This document shows, piece after piece, positions 49,816-59,631 of a stretch of DNA of 64,000 nucleotides. The stretch spans positions 2,016,001 through 2,080,000 of the forward strand of contig OZ242008.1 in assembly GCA_965204735.1 (NCBI GenBank), in the 5' to 3' direction. This stretch comes from Longimicrobiales bacterium (GTDB lineage Bacteria > Gemmatimonadota > Gemmatimonadetes > Longimicrobiales > Gaopeijiaceae). The position numbers and the translations under genes were made by a program. The notes beneath the pieces are model-generated. The model ran no database searches. It saw only the letters and a program-made list of their open reading frames with translations, and was not told the origin of the DNA. How positions within the stretch are numbered: position 1 is the stretch's first letter; the number at the start of each line of letters is the position of its first letter.

Positions 49816-50886
49816 CCACATCCAGTATCAGATCAGAATTCCACCGCGTTCCGCGGGAGGAGAGGATCTTGGGCCGTTCCCTGCGCCGTAGCGGAGCATC
49901 AACCTCATACGCAGCGGCAACGGTTCCATCGGGTATCCGTTCGGATATCTGCTCACCTTCTTTCCTTTCTTTTTAGGAATATCTTGTCTATTTTCATATT
50001 GAAAAACTGATTATTTGATAACATATGGAGTCGTACGCTAGCGTCCATTTTTTCCTTTCGTCGAAATGGATGGTTGTTATTGTCTTGACATCCAGACTGC
50101 TTTACAGCTCGATTACTAGTTCGATTCAGCCATGATTGCTCTTGTATCTTCAGAATTCTTTACCACAAACACACGACACAGTAACGAAACATCCAAACCC
50201 TACTACTACTACATCATCGCTCCAGATACTCTACTCTACTCTTGTGGAACTCGTGTCGTTCTCAGCGCGTCGTCTGACACAGCGTCTACTACTCGGTGAC
50301 TTCTACCTCCCCTTCTGGCCAACCTACCTCTCCGCTACGGGACTGCCGGCGCAACGCGGGTCTCCGGTGCGACCGTACCTGAATCATGACCTCCTACGCT
50401 CGCTCTGTCAACCCCCCGGCATCCACGCCATTGCCAAGCGTTCGGTAGGGCCGCAACCTGGGAGGGCGAGGTGCGAGGGTCGGACGTCTCGGGGCTCGTG
50501 TGCGAACTACGACTATCGGCGACGATAGGATTCAATTCGACCGCAGTGGAGGCCGGGACCATGGACGCAGTGAAGGCCGGGATCATGGAATCCTCGCGGC
50601 ACCCGTCAATCAGTTCCGAGGCGCGGGGCTCTCGGGAGAACCACGAGGCCATTCCCTCCTCCGTTCGCCAACCGTCGGAACGGACCGGAGCCGTGGGATG
50701 CGGTGAACACTCCCACCGGCAACGTGTTCGGCGCGCTCACGGTGAGCGTCCGTCGCTTCGGGTCGGCTCGGCGGTCCAGGGAGCCGCGGGTCCTGGCCCT
50801 GCACCTCCCCGGTCGCCCGGGCAACCGGTTCTTCTGGCCCTGGACCAGCCAGACGGTTGCCACCGTGGAGCGGCAGGAGACGTGAG

Positions 50887-53499
50887 GTGAGGGGCAAGCA
50901 AGCCGTCCTGCCCTGGGGGAAGCACGACGAGGAGTTGGGGCAATATCATCGGTTGGAGCACCACTGCGCGGACGTGGCCGCCTGCTTCGAGGCGTTGCTG
51001 GACGATCGCGTGCTGCTGGATCGCTTTCGGAAGGCGGCTGTACAGGCGGACGCCCTCGGCGACGTAACGCGGGCGCGGTTGACGGTCCTGGCGTTCCTGC
51101 ACGACTTCGGCAAGCTGAACGCAGGCTTTCAGTTCAAGCTCGAGTCCGACAGGACCGGGCTCCCGCCCAGAGCAGGGCACATCCGTGAGGCTTTCTGGTG
51201 TTTGGAGCGGCCAGGATACATGACGGCCTTGGGACTGGACGAGATGGCCCAGGCGTGGGGCTGCGGCCCCTTCGAACAGCTCCTGCGGGCGTCCTTGGCA
51301 CACCACGGAAGGCCGGCTGTCCGATACGACGGCAACCCCCCAGCCCTCTGGAGAGAAACCAACGGCTACAACCCCCTGGACGCCGCAAGAATGCTGGGCG
51401 AGAAGTGCCGATCCTGGTTTCCCACTGCCTTCACGGACGGACCGGAGTTGCCGGACGCTCCTCAGCTGGCTCACCTCTTCGCGGGGACGGTGGGCGTCGC
51501 GGACCAGATCGGATCGAACGAGCGGAGCTTCCCGTACGAGCCCATCCGCGACCCGACCTACATCGAGCGTGCCCGAGAGCTGGCCCAGAAGGCCGTGTCG
51601 GAACGGGGATTCGGCCGGGACGGCCGGTCCTCGCGGCTGGCGACGATCGATGTGGGCGCACTGTTCGGCTACGACAGGCCCCGACCACTCCAAACGGCGA
51701 CGCTCGATGCATCCCTCGACCAGAGACTCTTGATCCTCGAGAGCGAGACGGGTTCGGGCAAGACGGAGGCAGCCATTCTTCGCTTTGCCGCCCTCTGGAG
51801 TGCTCGCCGAGTGGACGGTCTCTACTTCGCGGTGCCCACACGGGCGGCGGCGAAGCAGCTGCACCGGCGGGTCCACGAGGCCCTGTTGCGCCTCTTTGGG
51901 GATCGATCGTGGAACGAGACGGTGCTTGCAATACCGGGATACCGGATCGTCGTCGGGACCACGGAGGGACGCCGGAAGGGCAGGTTTGAGGTCCAATGGC
52001 GAGACACGCCCGACGAGGAGACGCTTCGGGCCAGGTGGGCGGCGGAGGCGGCCCGCAAGTTCCTCTGCGCTACCTCTGCCGTTGGGACGGTCGACCAGGC
52101 CCTGCTGGCTGGGCTTCAAGTCAAATGGGCGCACTATCGAGGCGCGGCCCTTGCTCGCAGTCTGTTGGTGGTGGACGAAGTGCACGCGAGCGACGCCTAC
52201 ATGACGGAAGTGTTGCGGGGTGTCGTGCGGGACCACTTGGCCGTCGGTGGGCACGCCCTGTTGATGTCGGCGACGCTGGGTTCGGTGGCTCGCGTGGACC
52301 TGACGAGTGCGTCTACTGGGCGAAGGCGAGTTCGCCCGCCGGCGCGGTCGGAGGCCGAGCGGTATCCGTACCCCGCCCTGACACTCGCCGGCAACGAGAA
52401 GCCCCCGGTCGTCGACGCCATCGAAGACTGCGGCGTGGAGAAGTCGGTATCGGTGTCAGCTGCTCCCTTCTTGGACGATCCGGGCCGAATCGCTGTCGAG
52501 GCGTTGAGTCGTGCCCGGGACGGCGCCAAGGTCCTCGTCGTCCGCAACACGGTCAGGAGCGCGGTGCAGGTCTACGACGCGATTCGGACTCAGGGCGGAG
52601 GACATCTCCTGCTCCAAGTCGGCGGTCGGGAGGCGGTTCATCACAGCCGCTTTGCGGCAGAGGACCGGGAACGCCTCGACGAGGCTGTCGAAGGCTCGCT
52701 GGGGAAGTCGCGCCCCACCGGAGGGCGCGTGGTAGTTGGCACGCAGACCCTCGAGCAGTCCCTGGACATCGACGCCGACTACTTGATCTCCGACCTGTGC
52801 CCCATGGATGTCCTGCTCCAACGGATCGGTCGCTTGCACCGCCACTCCGAGAACAGGGACCGGCCCGACTCGTGTTCGACGGCCCAGTGTCTGGTGCTGA
52901 CGCCGGCAGAGGGCCTTGAGTCGGGCCTGGACGGACGCTTGACCCGATATGGCCTGGGGGCCGCGAGAGGCATAGGCGTGTATCGCAATCTGCTGGTCCT
53001 CGAAGCGACTCGCCGACAGATCGGGAGCGGCGCGGACTGGAGAATTCCCGCAATGAACCGGCAACTGGTCGAACGGGCCACGCACCCGGAGGTGGAGGAC
53101 GAACTGGCGAAGAGCCTCGGTAACCGCTGGATCACGAACGAGCAGGAGGAGTTCGGGCGCAGGGCTCAGGAGAGGCGGGTCGCCTGCGAGAACGCCCTGG
53201 ACCGGCACCAGCGGTTCGACGATGCCTTGGCCTTCCCGGGGACGGACGAGAAGATCGCTACGCGACTCGGAGAGGATGCCTGCCGGATCCGCTTGCCGGA
53301 TTCCGCCATCGGTCCGTTCGGGACCCGGGTTCGGACGTTTAGCCTTCCGGCCCACTTCTTCCGGGGCGGAGCGAGCCTGCCCAGCCGGGAGGAGGTGGAA
53401 CAGGCTTTGGTAACGGAGGTGGACGGGGTGCTGGTCCTTCGGGTGGGAGATCGTTCCTTCAGCTATGATCGTTGCGGAATCCGTCGGATCCGGCGCTGA
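50887..53499 (+). CDS. cas3: CRISPR-associated HD nuclease/helicase Cas3
   Basis: HCADV, HDFGK, AHHG, ETGSGKT, DEVH, SAT, QRIGRLHRH. Confidence 0.97.
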   Translation: MRGKQAVLPWGKHDEELGQYHRLEHHCADVAACFEALLDDRVLLDRFRKAAVQADALGDVTRARLTVLAFLHDFGKLNAGFQFKLESDRTGLPPRAGHIREAFWCLERPGYMTALGLDEMAQAWGCGPFEQLLRASLAHHGRPAVRYDGNPPALWRETNGYNPLDAARMLGEKCRSWFPTAFTDGPELPDAPQLAHLFAGTVGVADQIGSNERSFPYEPIRDPTYIERARELAQKAVSERGFGRDGRSSRLATIDVGALFGYDRPRPLQTATLDASLDQRLLILESETGSGKTEAAILRFAALWSARRVDGLYFAVPTRAAAKQLHRRVHEALLRLFGDRSWNETVLAIPGYRIVVGTTEGRRKGRFEVQWRDTPDEETLRARWAAEAARKFLCATSAVGTVDQALLAGLQVKWAHYRGAALARSLLVVDEVHASDAYMTEVLRGVVRDHLAVGGHALLMSATLGSVARVDLTSASTGRRRVRPPARSEAERYPYPALTLAGNEKPPVVDAIEDCGVEKSVSVSAAPFLDDPGRIAVEALSRARDGAKVLVVRNTVRSAVQVYDAIRTQGGGHLLLQVGGREAVHHSRFAAEDRERLDEAVEGSLGKSRPTGGRVVVGTQTLEQSLDIDADYLISDLCPMDVLLQRIGRLHRHSENRDRPDSCSTAQCLVLTPAEGLESGLDGRLTRYGLGAARGIGVYRNLLVLEATRRQIGSGADWRIPAMNRQLVERATHPEVEDELAKSLGNRWITNEQEEFGRRAQERRVACENALDRHQRFDDALAFPGTDEKIATRLGEDACRIRLPDSAIGPFGTRVRTFSLPAHFFRGGASLPSREEVEQALVTEVDGVLVLRVGDRSFSYDRCGIRRIRR

Positions 53500-53533
53500 G
53501 GTCATCCCCAGGACGCTTTTAGCCAAGTGTCTA

Positions 53534-53594
53534 AAGGTGTGGTTTGCAGCGTCTGGGGTGTGGGGTTGACCTCTGCGAGCCGGTTCGCTATGGA
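53534..53594 (+). promoter_or_regulatory. putative cascade-operon promoter with adjacent AAG-PAM self-target site
   Basis: TTGACC at 53566-53571 with a weak -10 (TATGGA, 53589-53594, 17-nt spacing); AAG at 53534-53536 followed by a sequence matching the mini-array spacer. Confidence 0.65.
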
Positions 53595-53776
53595 TTCTTC
53601 ATCCGTTTCGGTCCCATAAACCACAGGGGGGAGAACAAGAGATGATCGGCGAAACGAAAACGAAGATACCTGACGGAATCCGATTCCAGGTCGGGCTGGA
53701 AGGTGCCTATCGTGGGCTGGGCTTTCGAGCCGGACTGGGCGCGGAAGTCGTCCGCCATGACAGCGACAGGCCACGG

Positions 53777-53863
53777 CGCACTCCGGAAGGGCCGGAGATA
53801 ATCCCGTGTGGTGTGCCGCGTCTGGGGTCGAAGAGCCTCCTTCCCCGCCGGAGCGGGGGCACC
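53777..53863 (+). ncRNA. single-spacer mini-CRISPR (CreR/CreA-like crRNA-like regulatory RNA)
   Basis: Degenerate repeat 1 (ctccgg-aaggg-ccggag hairpin + ATAATCCC handle), 32-nt spacer 53806-53837, degenerate repeat 2 tccttccccgccggagcgggggcacc; spacer matches 53537-53559 at 21/23. Confidence 0.8.
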
Positions 53864-53882
53864 GTCGCCACTGGCGGCGACC

Positions 53883-55472
53883 ATGAATGACCTTCTCCGC
53901 GACCCGCTGATTCGGGTTCGGCTGGACACGGGCGTCGTCGAGGGGATGTCGTTGCCCGCCATCTATGCGGCCCTGGTAGAGGACCGGGTGGCCGCCTTCC
54001 CCGCTCTGCGGCCGCACCAACGCCACGGGTGGCACGCGTTCTTGGCCCAGCTTGCCGTGGTCGCCCTTCATTGGGCAGGACGCCGGCCACCCCCGAACGA
54101 GGCGGAATCGTGGCGAGCCCTGCTTCGGAGCTTGACCTCGGAGTGGGAGGCGGACGAGCCGTGGCAGCTGGTCGTGGAGAACCCGACGCGGCCCGCCTTC
54201 ATGCAGACGCCAGCACCCGAAGGGCTGGAAGCATACCGGAAACGGAGGGAAACGCCCGACGATTTGGACCTGTTGGTCACGTCCAAGAACCACGACCTCA
54301 AGCAGCAGGTCGCCGAGTGGGCGAGTCCAGAGGACTGGATCATGGCCCTGATCAGCCTCCAGACGATGGCTGGCTTCGGGGGCGCGGGGAACTACGGCAT
54401 CGCTCGGATGAACGGAGGGTACTCGTCGCGACCGTGCCTGGGGCTCGCCCCCAGTGGAGGAGGACTTGGGGCTCACGTGTTCTTCGATGTCGACAGGATG
54501 CTCCAGCACCGGGACCGCCTCCTGGAGGACTTTCACCACTATTACCAACCCGAAAATGGGCTGGCTCTGCTCTGGGCCGAGCCCTGGGACGGCAAGACCG
54601 CCCTCCGGCTGAAAGACCTCGACCCCTATTTCCTCGAAGTCTGCCGCAGAGTCCGACTGGTGTGGGAGGGTGGCCGCATGGTGGCCCGAACTGCGACCTC
54701 AACCACGGCGCGGGTCGCCGCCAAGACAGCCAACGGCAACCTGGGTGACTTCTGGACACCAATTCGGCGGGAAGACTCAGCGGCTCTCTCCGTCTCGGTT
54801 GTAGGGTTCCGATACGACCGCCTGGCAGACTTGATTCTCAGGAACCCCAAGCTCTTCAAGCTCCCAGCAGCCATGAAGGTCCCGGCCGGAGACGGGAATT
54901 CGTGCGCTCAATGGAAGTTGGTCGCCCGGGGGATGGCGTCCGGCCAGGGAAAGACCGAGGGCTACCATGAGCGGACTGGCGTCGTCCTCGCCGGCCGAAC
55001 GGCAAGAGCACTCATCGGCGGGGACACCAGCGTGACGCTCGCGAAGATCGCGGAAGACTTGATCAAGGAAATCGCCGAAGTCCAAAAGGCCCTTCGGTTC
55101 GGCGTCGCGACCGCCGCCAGTGGAGGCAAGGAGGCAAGCGAGATCACGAAAGCGGATCGGGAACAGGCATATCCCTTCGGTCGTCGGCTTGACGGCATCG
55201 CCGACGCATGGTTCTTTTCGGAGCTTCAAGATCGGTACCTCGCCACCGACGGCGAGCGGCCCGCCGTCCGGGCTAGGTTCGCCAGGTACCTCATAGCCAC
55301 AGCAAGGAAGTTGCTGAACGAAGCAGTTGATGCCGTGCCGGGCTCCACGATCCACCGTCACCGGGCGCGTGCCAGGGCGTTCCGCAGCTTCGAAGGCCAG
55401 TTGCGGCGCCTGGGCAGCCAGTTCGGAGATCAGCCCGAGATACTCGAACACAAGGAGGAAACCCATGACTGA
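53883..55472 (+). CDS. casA: type I-E Cascade large subunit Cas8e/Cse1
   Basis: NDLLRDPLI start, PAFMQ and YFLEVCRRVRL motifs; first gene of the cascade operon. Confidence 0.88.
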   Translation: MNDLLRDPLIRVRLDTGVVEGMSLPAIYAALVEDRVAAFPALRPHQRHGWHAFLAQLAVVALHWAGRRPPPNEAESWRALLRSLTSEWEADEPWQLVVENPTRPAFMQTPAPEGLEAYRKRRETPDDLDLLVTSKNHDLKQQVAEWASPEDWIMALISLQTMAGFGGAGNYGIARMNGGYSSRPCLGLAPSGGGLGAHVFFDVDRMLQHRDRLLEDFHHYYQPENGLALLWAEPWDGKTALRLKDLDPYFLEVCRRVRLVWEGGRMVARTATSTTARVAAKTANGNLGDFWTPIRREDSAALSVSVVGFRYDRLADLILRNPKLFKLPAAMKVPAGDGNSCAQWKLVARGMASGQGKTEGYHERTGVVLAGRTARALIGGDTSVTLAKIAEDLIKEIAEVQKALRFGVATAASGGKEASEITKADREQAYPFGRRLDGIADAWFFSELQDRYLATDGERPAVRARFARYLIATARKLLNEAVDAVPGSTIHRHRARARAFRSFEGQLRRLGSQFGDQPEILEHKEETHD

Positions 55473-56004
55473 CCCTGCTTCCATGCCGCTGGAGCGAATC
55501 GTTCCTAGGGTGGCGCAGAGAATCGCACGCCTCGGTCCCGGCCCTGCCGCGGCCTTGCGACGCAGTCCAAAGAAAGGGTCCGGTACGGCGGCATACTGGC
55601 AGCTGGTGGCGCAGTTGGAGCAGGACGGGCTGCGGGGTGAGAGTGAAGCCTGGAAGACGATCATCCAATCGATAGCCGTTCTGACCCCTCGCGGCCAAGA
55701 TCCCAAGAAGCAGTCGAGCCATGACCGGACCGTGCCGATGGGCGTGGCGCTTCTTGACGCCGGACTATCCGAACTTCGGTTGGCGCATCTGCTGAACGCT
55801 CGGACCGATGCGCGCCGGCGACTGATCGTTCGCACCTGCCGCAGGCTGGCATCCTCTGGACATCACCGCTTCGACCTGACGACGCTGGCTCGCTTCGTGC
55901 TGTACCAGAACAGCGACAAGCCTGCTCAGGACATCGCCAGAGAGTACTACCGCGCCGAGGCCCGGCAATCCACCCCACACCGGCAAGAGGAAACTTCGAC
56001 ATGA
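55465..56004 (+). CDS. casB: type I-E small subunit Cas11/Cse2
   Basis: GPAAALRR, SELRLAHLL, IAREYY; size and position between cas8e and cas7. Confidence 0.88.
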   Translation: MTDPASMPLERIVPRVAQRIARLGPGPAAALRRSPKKGSGTAAYWQLVAQLEQDGLRGESEAWKTIIQSIAVLTPRGQDPKKQSSHDRTVPMGVALLDAGLSELRLAHLLNARTDARRRLIVRTCRRLASSGHHRFDLTTLARFVLYQNSDKPAQDIAREYYRAEARQSTPHRQEETST

Positions 56005-57143
56005 GCGACACCCGGTTCCTTCAGATCCACACGCTCCATGGCTACTCGGCAGCCCTGCTCAACCGCGACGACGCCGGACACGCCAAGCGAATGAACTACG
56101 GCGGTGCGATCCGGACGCGCATCTCGTCCCAGTGTCTGAAGCGACACTGGCGCGTGGCAGACAGCTCGGACGCACTTGACAGGATCGATGGTGCCGTAGC
56201 TGCCGTCCGCTCCAGGGAAACGGTGACGCGGAGGGTCATCCAACCGCTCCGCGACCACCACGACGGCCCGGTGGTCGACGCGATAGAGGGAGAGTTTCAG
56301 AAGGCAGTATACGGCGAGAAGGGGGACCACAGGTCCAATCGCCAGCCGCTGCTCTTGGGCGATCCCGAGATCGACTACCTGGCTAGGGAAGCGCAACGGC
56401 TTGCGGAAGAGCACGCCGGCGACTCCACGGCCGCGGGCAAGGCCGCGAAGGCGTGGGTCAAGGATTCCAGGGCGAACCTGAAGGCCCTTCGCGAGAGCAC
56501 GACGTTGCCCGGCGGGCTCGTCTCGGCCCTCTTCGGTCGCATGGTCACCTCCGACCCGGAGGCGAACATCGACGCGGCTGTTCATGTGGCGCACGCGTTC
56601 ACCGTCCATGCCGAGGAGAGCGATAGCGACTACTTCACGGTCGTGGACGACTTGGCACGGGTCGAGGACGATCCCGGTGCGGACCACATCGGCGAGACGG
56701 AGCTGACCTCCGGCATCTTCTATGGCTATGTGGTGGTCGACCGGGCCATGCTGTTGGCCAACCTCGGTGGTGACGAAGCCATGGCCGGAACCGTAACGGA
56801 GCGGCTCGTTCACCTGATCGCCACGGTATCGCCGGGCGCCAAGCTAGGCTCCACGGCACCATACGGCTACGCGTTGTGGATTCTGATCGAGGCCGGAGAG
56901 CGCCAGCCACGTAGCTTGGCTGAGGCGTTTCGGAGACCGTCCCGACCAACGATGAAGCACGCCGAGAAGGCGGCTCGAGATCACCTCGCATCGGTCGACG
57001 CGGCGTTCGGCGCTGATGAGAGCCGGCGCTGGATGAGTGTCTCGGGACACGCAGATGTGCCGAAAGGCGAGAGGCTGTCGCTTCCCGACCTTGCCGTCTG
57101 GGCGGGCGGACAGATCGCGGATGCGACGCGGGACAACCGCTAG
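56001..57143 (+). CDS. casC: type I-E backbone Cas7/Cse4
   Basis: LNRDDAGHAK, RTRISSQCLKR, ALFGRM, VAHAFTVH, DYFTVVDD. Confidence 0.97.
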   Translation: MSDTRFLQIHTLHGYSAALLNRDDAGHAKRMNYGGAIRTRISSQCLKRHWRVADSSDALDRIDGAVAAVRSRETVTRRVIQPLRDHHDGPVVDAIEGEFQKAVYGEKGDHRSNRQPLLLGDPEIDYLAREAQRLAEEHAGDSTAAGKAAKAWVKDSRANLKALRESTTLPGGLVSALFGRMVTSDPEANIDAAVHVAHAFTVHAEESDSDYFTVVDDLARVEDDPGADHIGETELTSGIFYGYVVVDRAMLLANLGGDEAMAGTVTERLVHLIATVSPGAKLGSTAPYGYALWILIEAGERQPRSLAEAFRRPSRPTMKHAEKAARDHLASVDAAFGADESRRWMSVSGHADVPKGERLSLPDLAVWAGGQIADATRDNR

Positions 57144-57887
57144 ATGCGTTGGATGCATCTGCGCCTCGTCGGTCCAATGGCGTCGTTCGGCGGCGAGTCC
57201 GTCGACGCCCGTGGGGTCATTCGCGACTTCCCTGCCCTGTCGATGATGACGGGGTTGCTGGCAAATGCCCTGGGATGGACTCGGGCGATGGCCGACGAGC
57301 ACCAGGGCCTCCAAGATCGTCTCGTCTTCGGAGTTCTTTGGGAAGACGACGGAACCCTTCGTCGGATGACCGACTATCAGACGGCGGCGCTGCGCAAGGA
57401 CGATCGAGCGTGGACCACCCGCGGCTCCGTCTTTTCTAGGGACGGCGGGCCGAAGACCTACGACGGGTCGCACCAGCGCTATCGCGACTATCACGCCGAC
57501 CTGCGCATGTCCGTCGTGGCGCGCCTCGAACCCGAGGCCGACGATCCAACTCTGGACCAGCTTGCCGAAGCCGTTGCCCGGCCGGTCCGCCCGTTGTTCA
57601 TTGGGCGCAAGTGTTGCTTGCCGGCCGGTCCAGTGTTCTCTGGGTTCGTCGAGGCCGGCGACGTCTGCGCGGCCCTTGAGAAGTGCACGCCTGCAGACGG
57701 TCCGCCCGACATGGAGTACCGGGCGTTTTGGCCTTGGTCGGCGGAACATCAGGATCGGACGGTGACGGACGGCACTCGGGACGTGACTGTTCGAGACGTG
57801 ACGGACGAACGAAGCTGGCGCACTGGGCTCCATGGTGGCTCCAGACGCATCTGCGAGGGTAGGATCAAGGCGCGTGGAGGAAATTGA
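57144..57887 (+). CDS. casD: type I-E Cas5
   Basis: LRLVGPMASFG, GLLANALG, DYQT, PLFIGRKCCLP. Confidence 0.95.
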   Translation: MRWMHLRLVGPMASFGGESVDARGVIRDFPALSMMTGLLANALGWTRAMADEHQGLQDRLVFGVLWEDDGTLRRMTDYQTAALRKDDRAWTTRGSVFSRDGGPKTYDGSHQRYRDYHADLRMSVVARLEPEADDPTLDQLAEAVARPVRPLFIGRKCCLPAGPVFSGFVEAGDVCAALEKCTPADGPPDMEYRAFWPWSAEHQDRTVTDGTRDVTVRDVTDERSWRTGLHGGSRRICEGRIKARGGN

Positions 57888-57888
57888 A

Positions 57889-58680
57889 ATGGGCACGCAT
57901 ATGGTTAGCGCACCGATCAACGTCCACGCTCTGATGAAGTGGGCGGCGGGCCAGCGCGGACTCATGCGACGAGGAACGTTCGACGACGGATGGGCGCTGC
58001 ATGTGCTCTTGTCGGGCATGTTCGGAAAAGGGGCACTGCAACCATTCAGAATGTTCTGGTCCGACCGACGCCGCACCGGCACGCTCTATGGGTACGCGTC
58101 CGACGACGGGCGTGTCCTTCGTGAGACGGCCACCACGGTCGCACCTCCAGAATTCTGTTCAATCATTCGACCCGTAGAGATTCGCACCAAGCTGATGCCC
58201 CCAGCCTTTCGGCCCGGCCAGTTGCTGGGTTTCGATTTGCGAGCGCGCCCGGTTCGCCGAGTCTACGAGGACATTCGAGATGCCAAGCACAACAAGGTGG
58301 TGAAGAAGGGATCCGAGGTGGATGCGTATTGGCTGGATAAGCTTCGGAGCTCAAGGGGCGATGCTGCCGCCTCGCCCTCACTTCCTTCAGGAGGCGTTGC
58401 CCAACGTGAACACTGTTACCGAGAGTGGCTGGTTGCCCGACTGTCGAGCGCAGCCCAGGTGAAGGTGTGTCGACTCACGTCCTTCCGACGCGTCAAAGCC
58501 CTGCGGGGGCCAACGGTTGTGGAGGGTCCCGACGCCATCCTTCAGGGCGAGCTGGAGATTGGAGACCCTGTGCGGTTTGCGCAGGCGTTGCGACAGGGCG
58601 TTGGTAGACACAAGGCTTATGGCTACGGGATGCTTCTCCTTCGTCCCGCAAACCGGCGTCAGAGAAATGCAGGCACGTAG
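57889..58680 (+). CDS. casE: type I-E Cas6e/Cse3 endoribonuclease
   Basis: FDLRARP and C-terminal G-loop GVGRHKAYGYGMLLL. Confidence 0.95.
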   Translation: MGTHMVSAPINVHALMKWAAGQRGLMRRGTFDDGWALHVLLSGMFGKGALQPFRMFWSDRRRTGTLYGYASDDGRVLRETATTVAPPEFCSIIRPVEIRTKLMPPAFRPGQLLGFDLRARPVRRVYEDIRDAKHNKVVKKGSEVDAYWLDKLRSSRGDAAASPSLPSGGVAQREHCYREWLVARLSSAAQVKVCRLTSFRRVKALRGPTVVEGPDAILQGELEIGDPVRFAQALRQGVGRHKAYGYGMLLLRPANRRQRNAGT

Positions 58681-58740
58681 TTGGTTCCGCCGCATTGCTT
58701 GGTAGCGGCCGGAGCCGGCGTAGCGTAGGGCCATCTCCGA

Positions 58741-59631
58741 GTGTTGCTGGGTCGGCTGGGGCTTGATACCGCACGAATTCCCCATACAGATCGCGCCGGG
58801 CTCTTGTGGCTTGCACGTGGAAGCCTGACAGCGAAGGACGGCACCCTTACGTTTTCTCGGCGAGCCCGCAAGACTCCCGACGACCCACTGAGTCCTGGTG
58901 TCTTCGCAGTTCCGTTCCAAAGCGTGTCTATGATCCTGCTTGGCCCCGGTTCTACCGTGAGTCACGACGCCCTCAGGCTCTTGGGGCGACACGGGACCGC
59001 GCTAGCGGCGGTCGGCGAGGACGGGGTTCGGCTGTATACGGCCCCGCCGTTAGTAGTGGCTCGGCGATCGGAGCTTGCCAGGCGACAGGCAGTGGCCTGG
59101 AGCGACATTGATACTCGTGTGGCACTGGCTAGACGCATGTACGCATGGCGTCTTGGGGAAGTTGTTCCGCATAGGAGCATAGCGGCGTTGCGCGGCATCG
59201 AGGGAGCACGGATGCGCGAGAGCTATAGGCTCATTGCTTTGCGGGTTGGAATCGAATGGAAGGGGCGCCGCTACGACCGGTCACGGCCGACGGCGGCGGA
59301 CTTGCCTAACCAAGCTCTGAACCATGCGGCGACCGCCGTGGAGGCGGCGGCAGCGATTGCGGTTACGGCTACCGCGACGATACCTCAGCTTGGATTCGTG
59401 CACGAGCATCCAAGTCAGTCTTTCGTCCTGGACATTGCTGACTTGTTCCGGGACTCGGTGACGATCCCCGTTGCGTTCAAGGCCGCGAAGAAGGTCGATG
59501 CCCAGCCGGCACTGAGCATTGAGCGCGTGACGCGCCGGGGAGTAGGGCGGACGCTCGCGAAGAGCCAGACGATTCCGAAGATGATTGCTCGAATCAAGGA
59601 CCTCTTGGCGTCCACGGAGCTACCCAGCTGA
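58741..59631 (+). CDS. cas1: Cas1 (type I-E)
   Basis: LGPGSTVSH, LRGIEGAR, NQAL, LGFVH, SFVLDIADL. Confidence 0.97.
   Translation: MLLGRLGLDTARIPHTDRAGLLWLARGSLTAKDGTLTFSRRARKTPDDPLSPGVFAVPFQSVSMILLGPGSTVSHDALRLLGRHGTALAAVGEDGVRLYTAPPLVVARRSELARRQAVAWSDIDTRVALARRMYAWRLGEVVPHRSIAALRGIEGARMRESYRLIALRVGIEWKGRRYDRSRPTAADLPNQALNHAATAVEAAAAIAVTATATIPQLGFVHEHPSQSFVLDIADLFRDSVTIPVAFKAAKKVDAQPALSIERVTRRGVGRTLAKSQTIPKMIARIKDLLASTELPS

Noticed and set aside
50539..50589. Imperfect ~25-bp tandem repeat upstream of cas3 as a second mini-array
   Set aside because: Copies are adjacent with no spacer and do not resemble the I-E repeat hairpin or handle.
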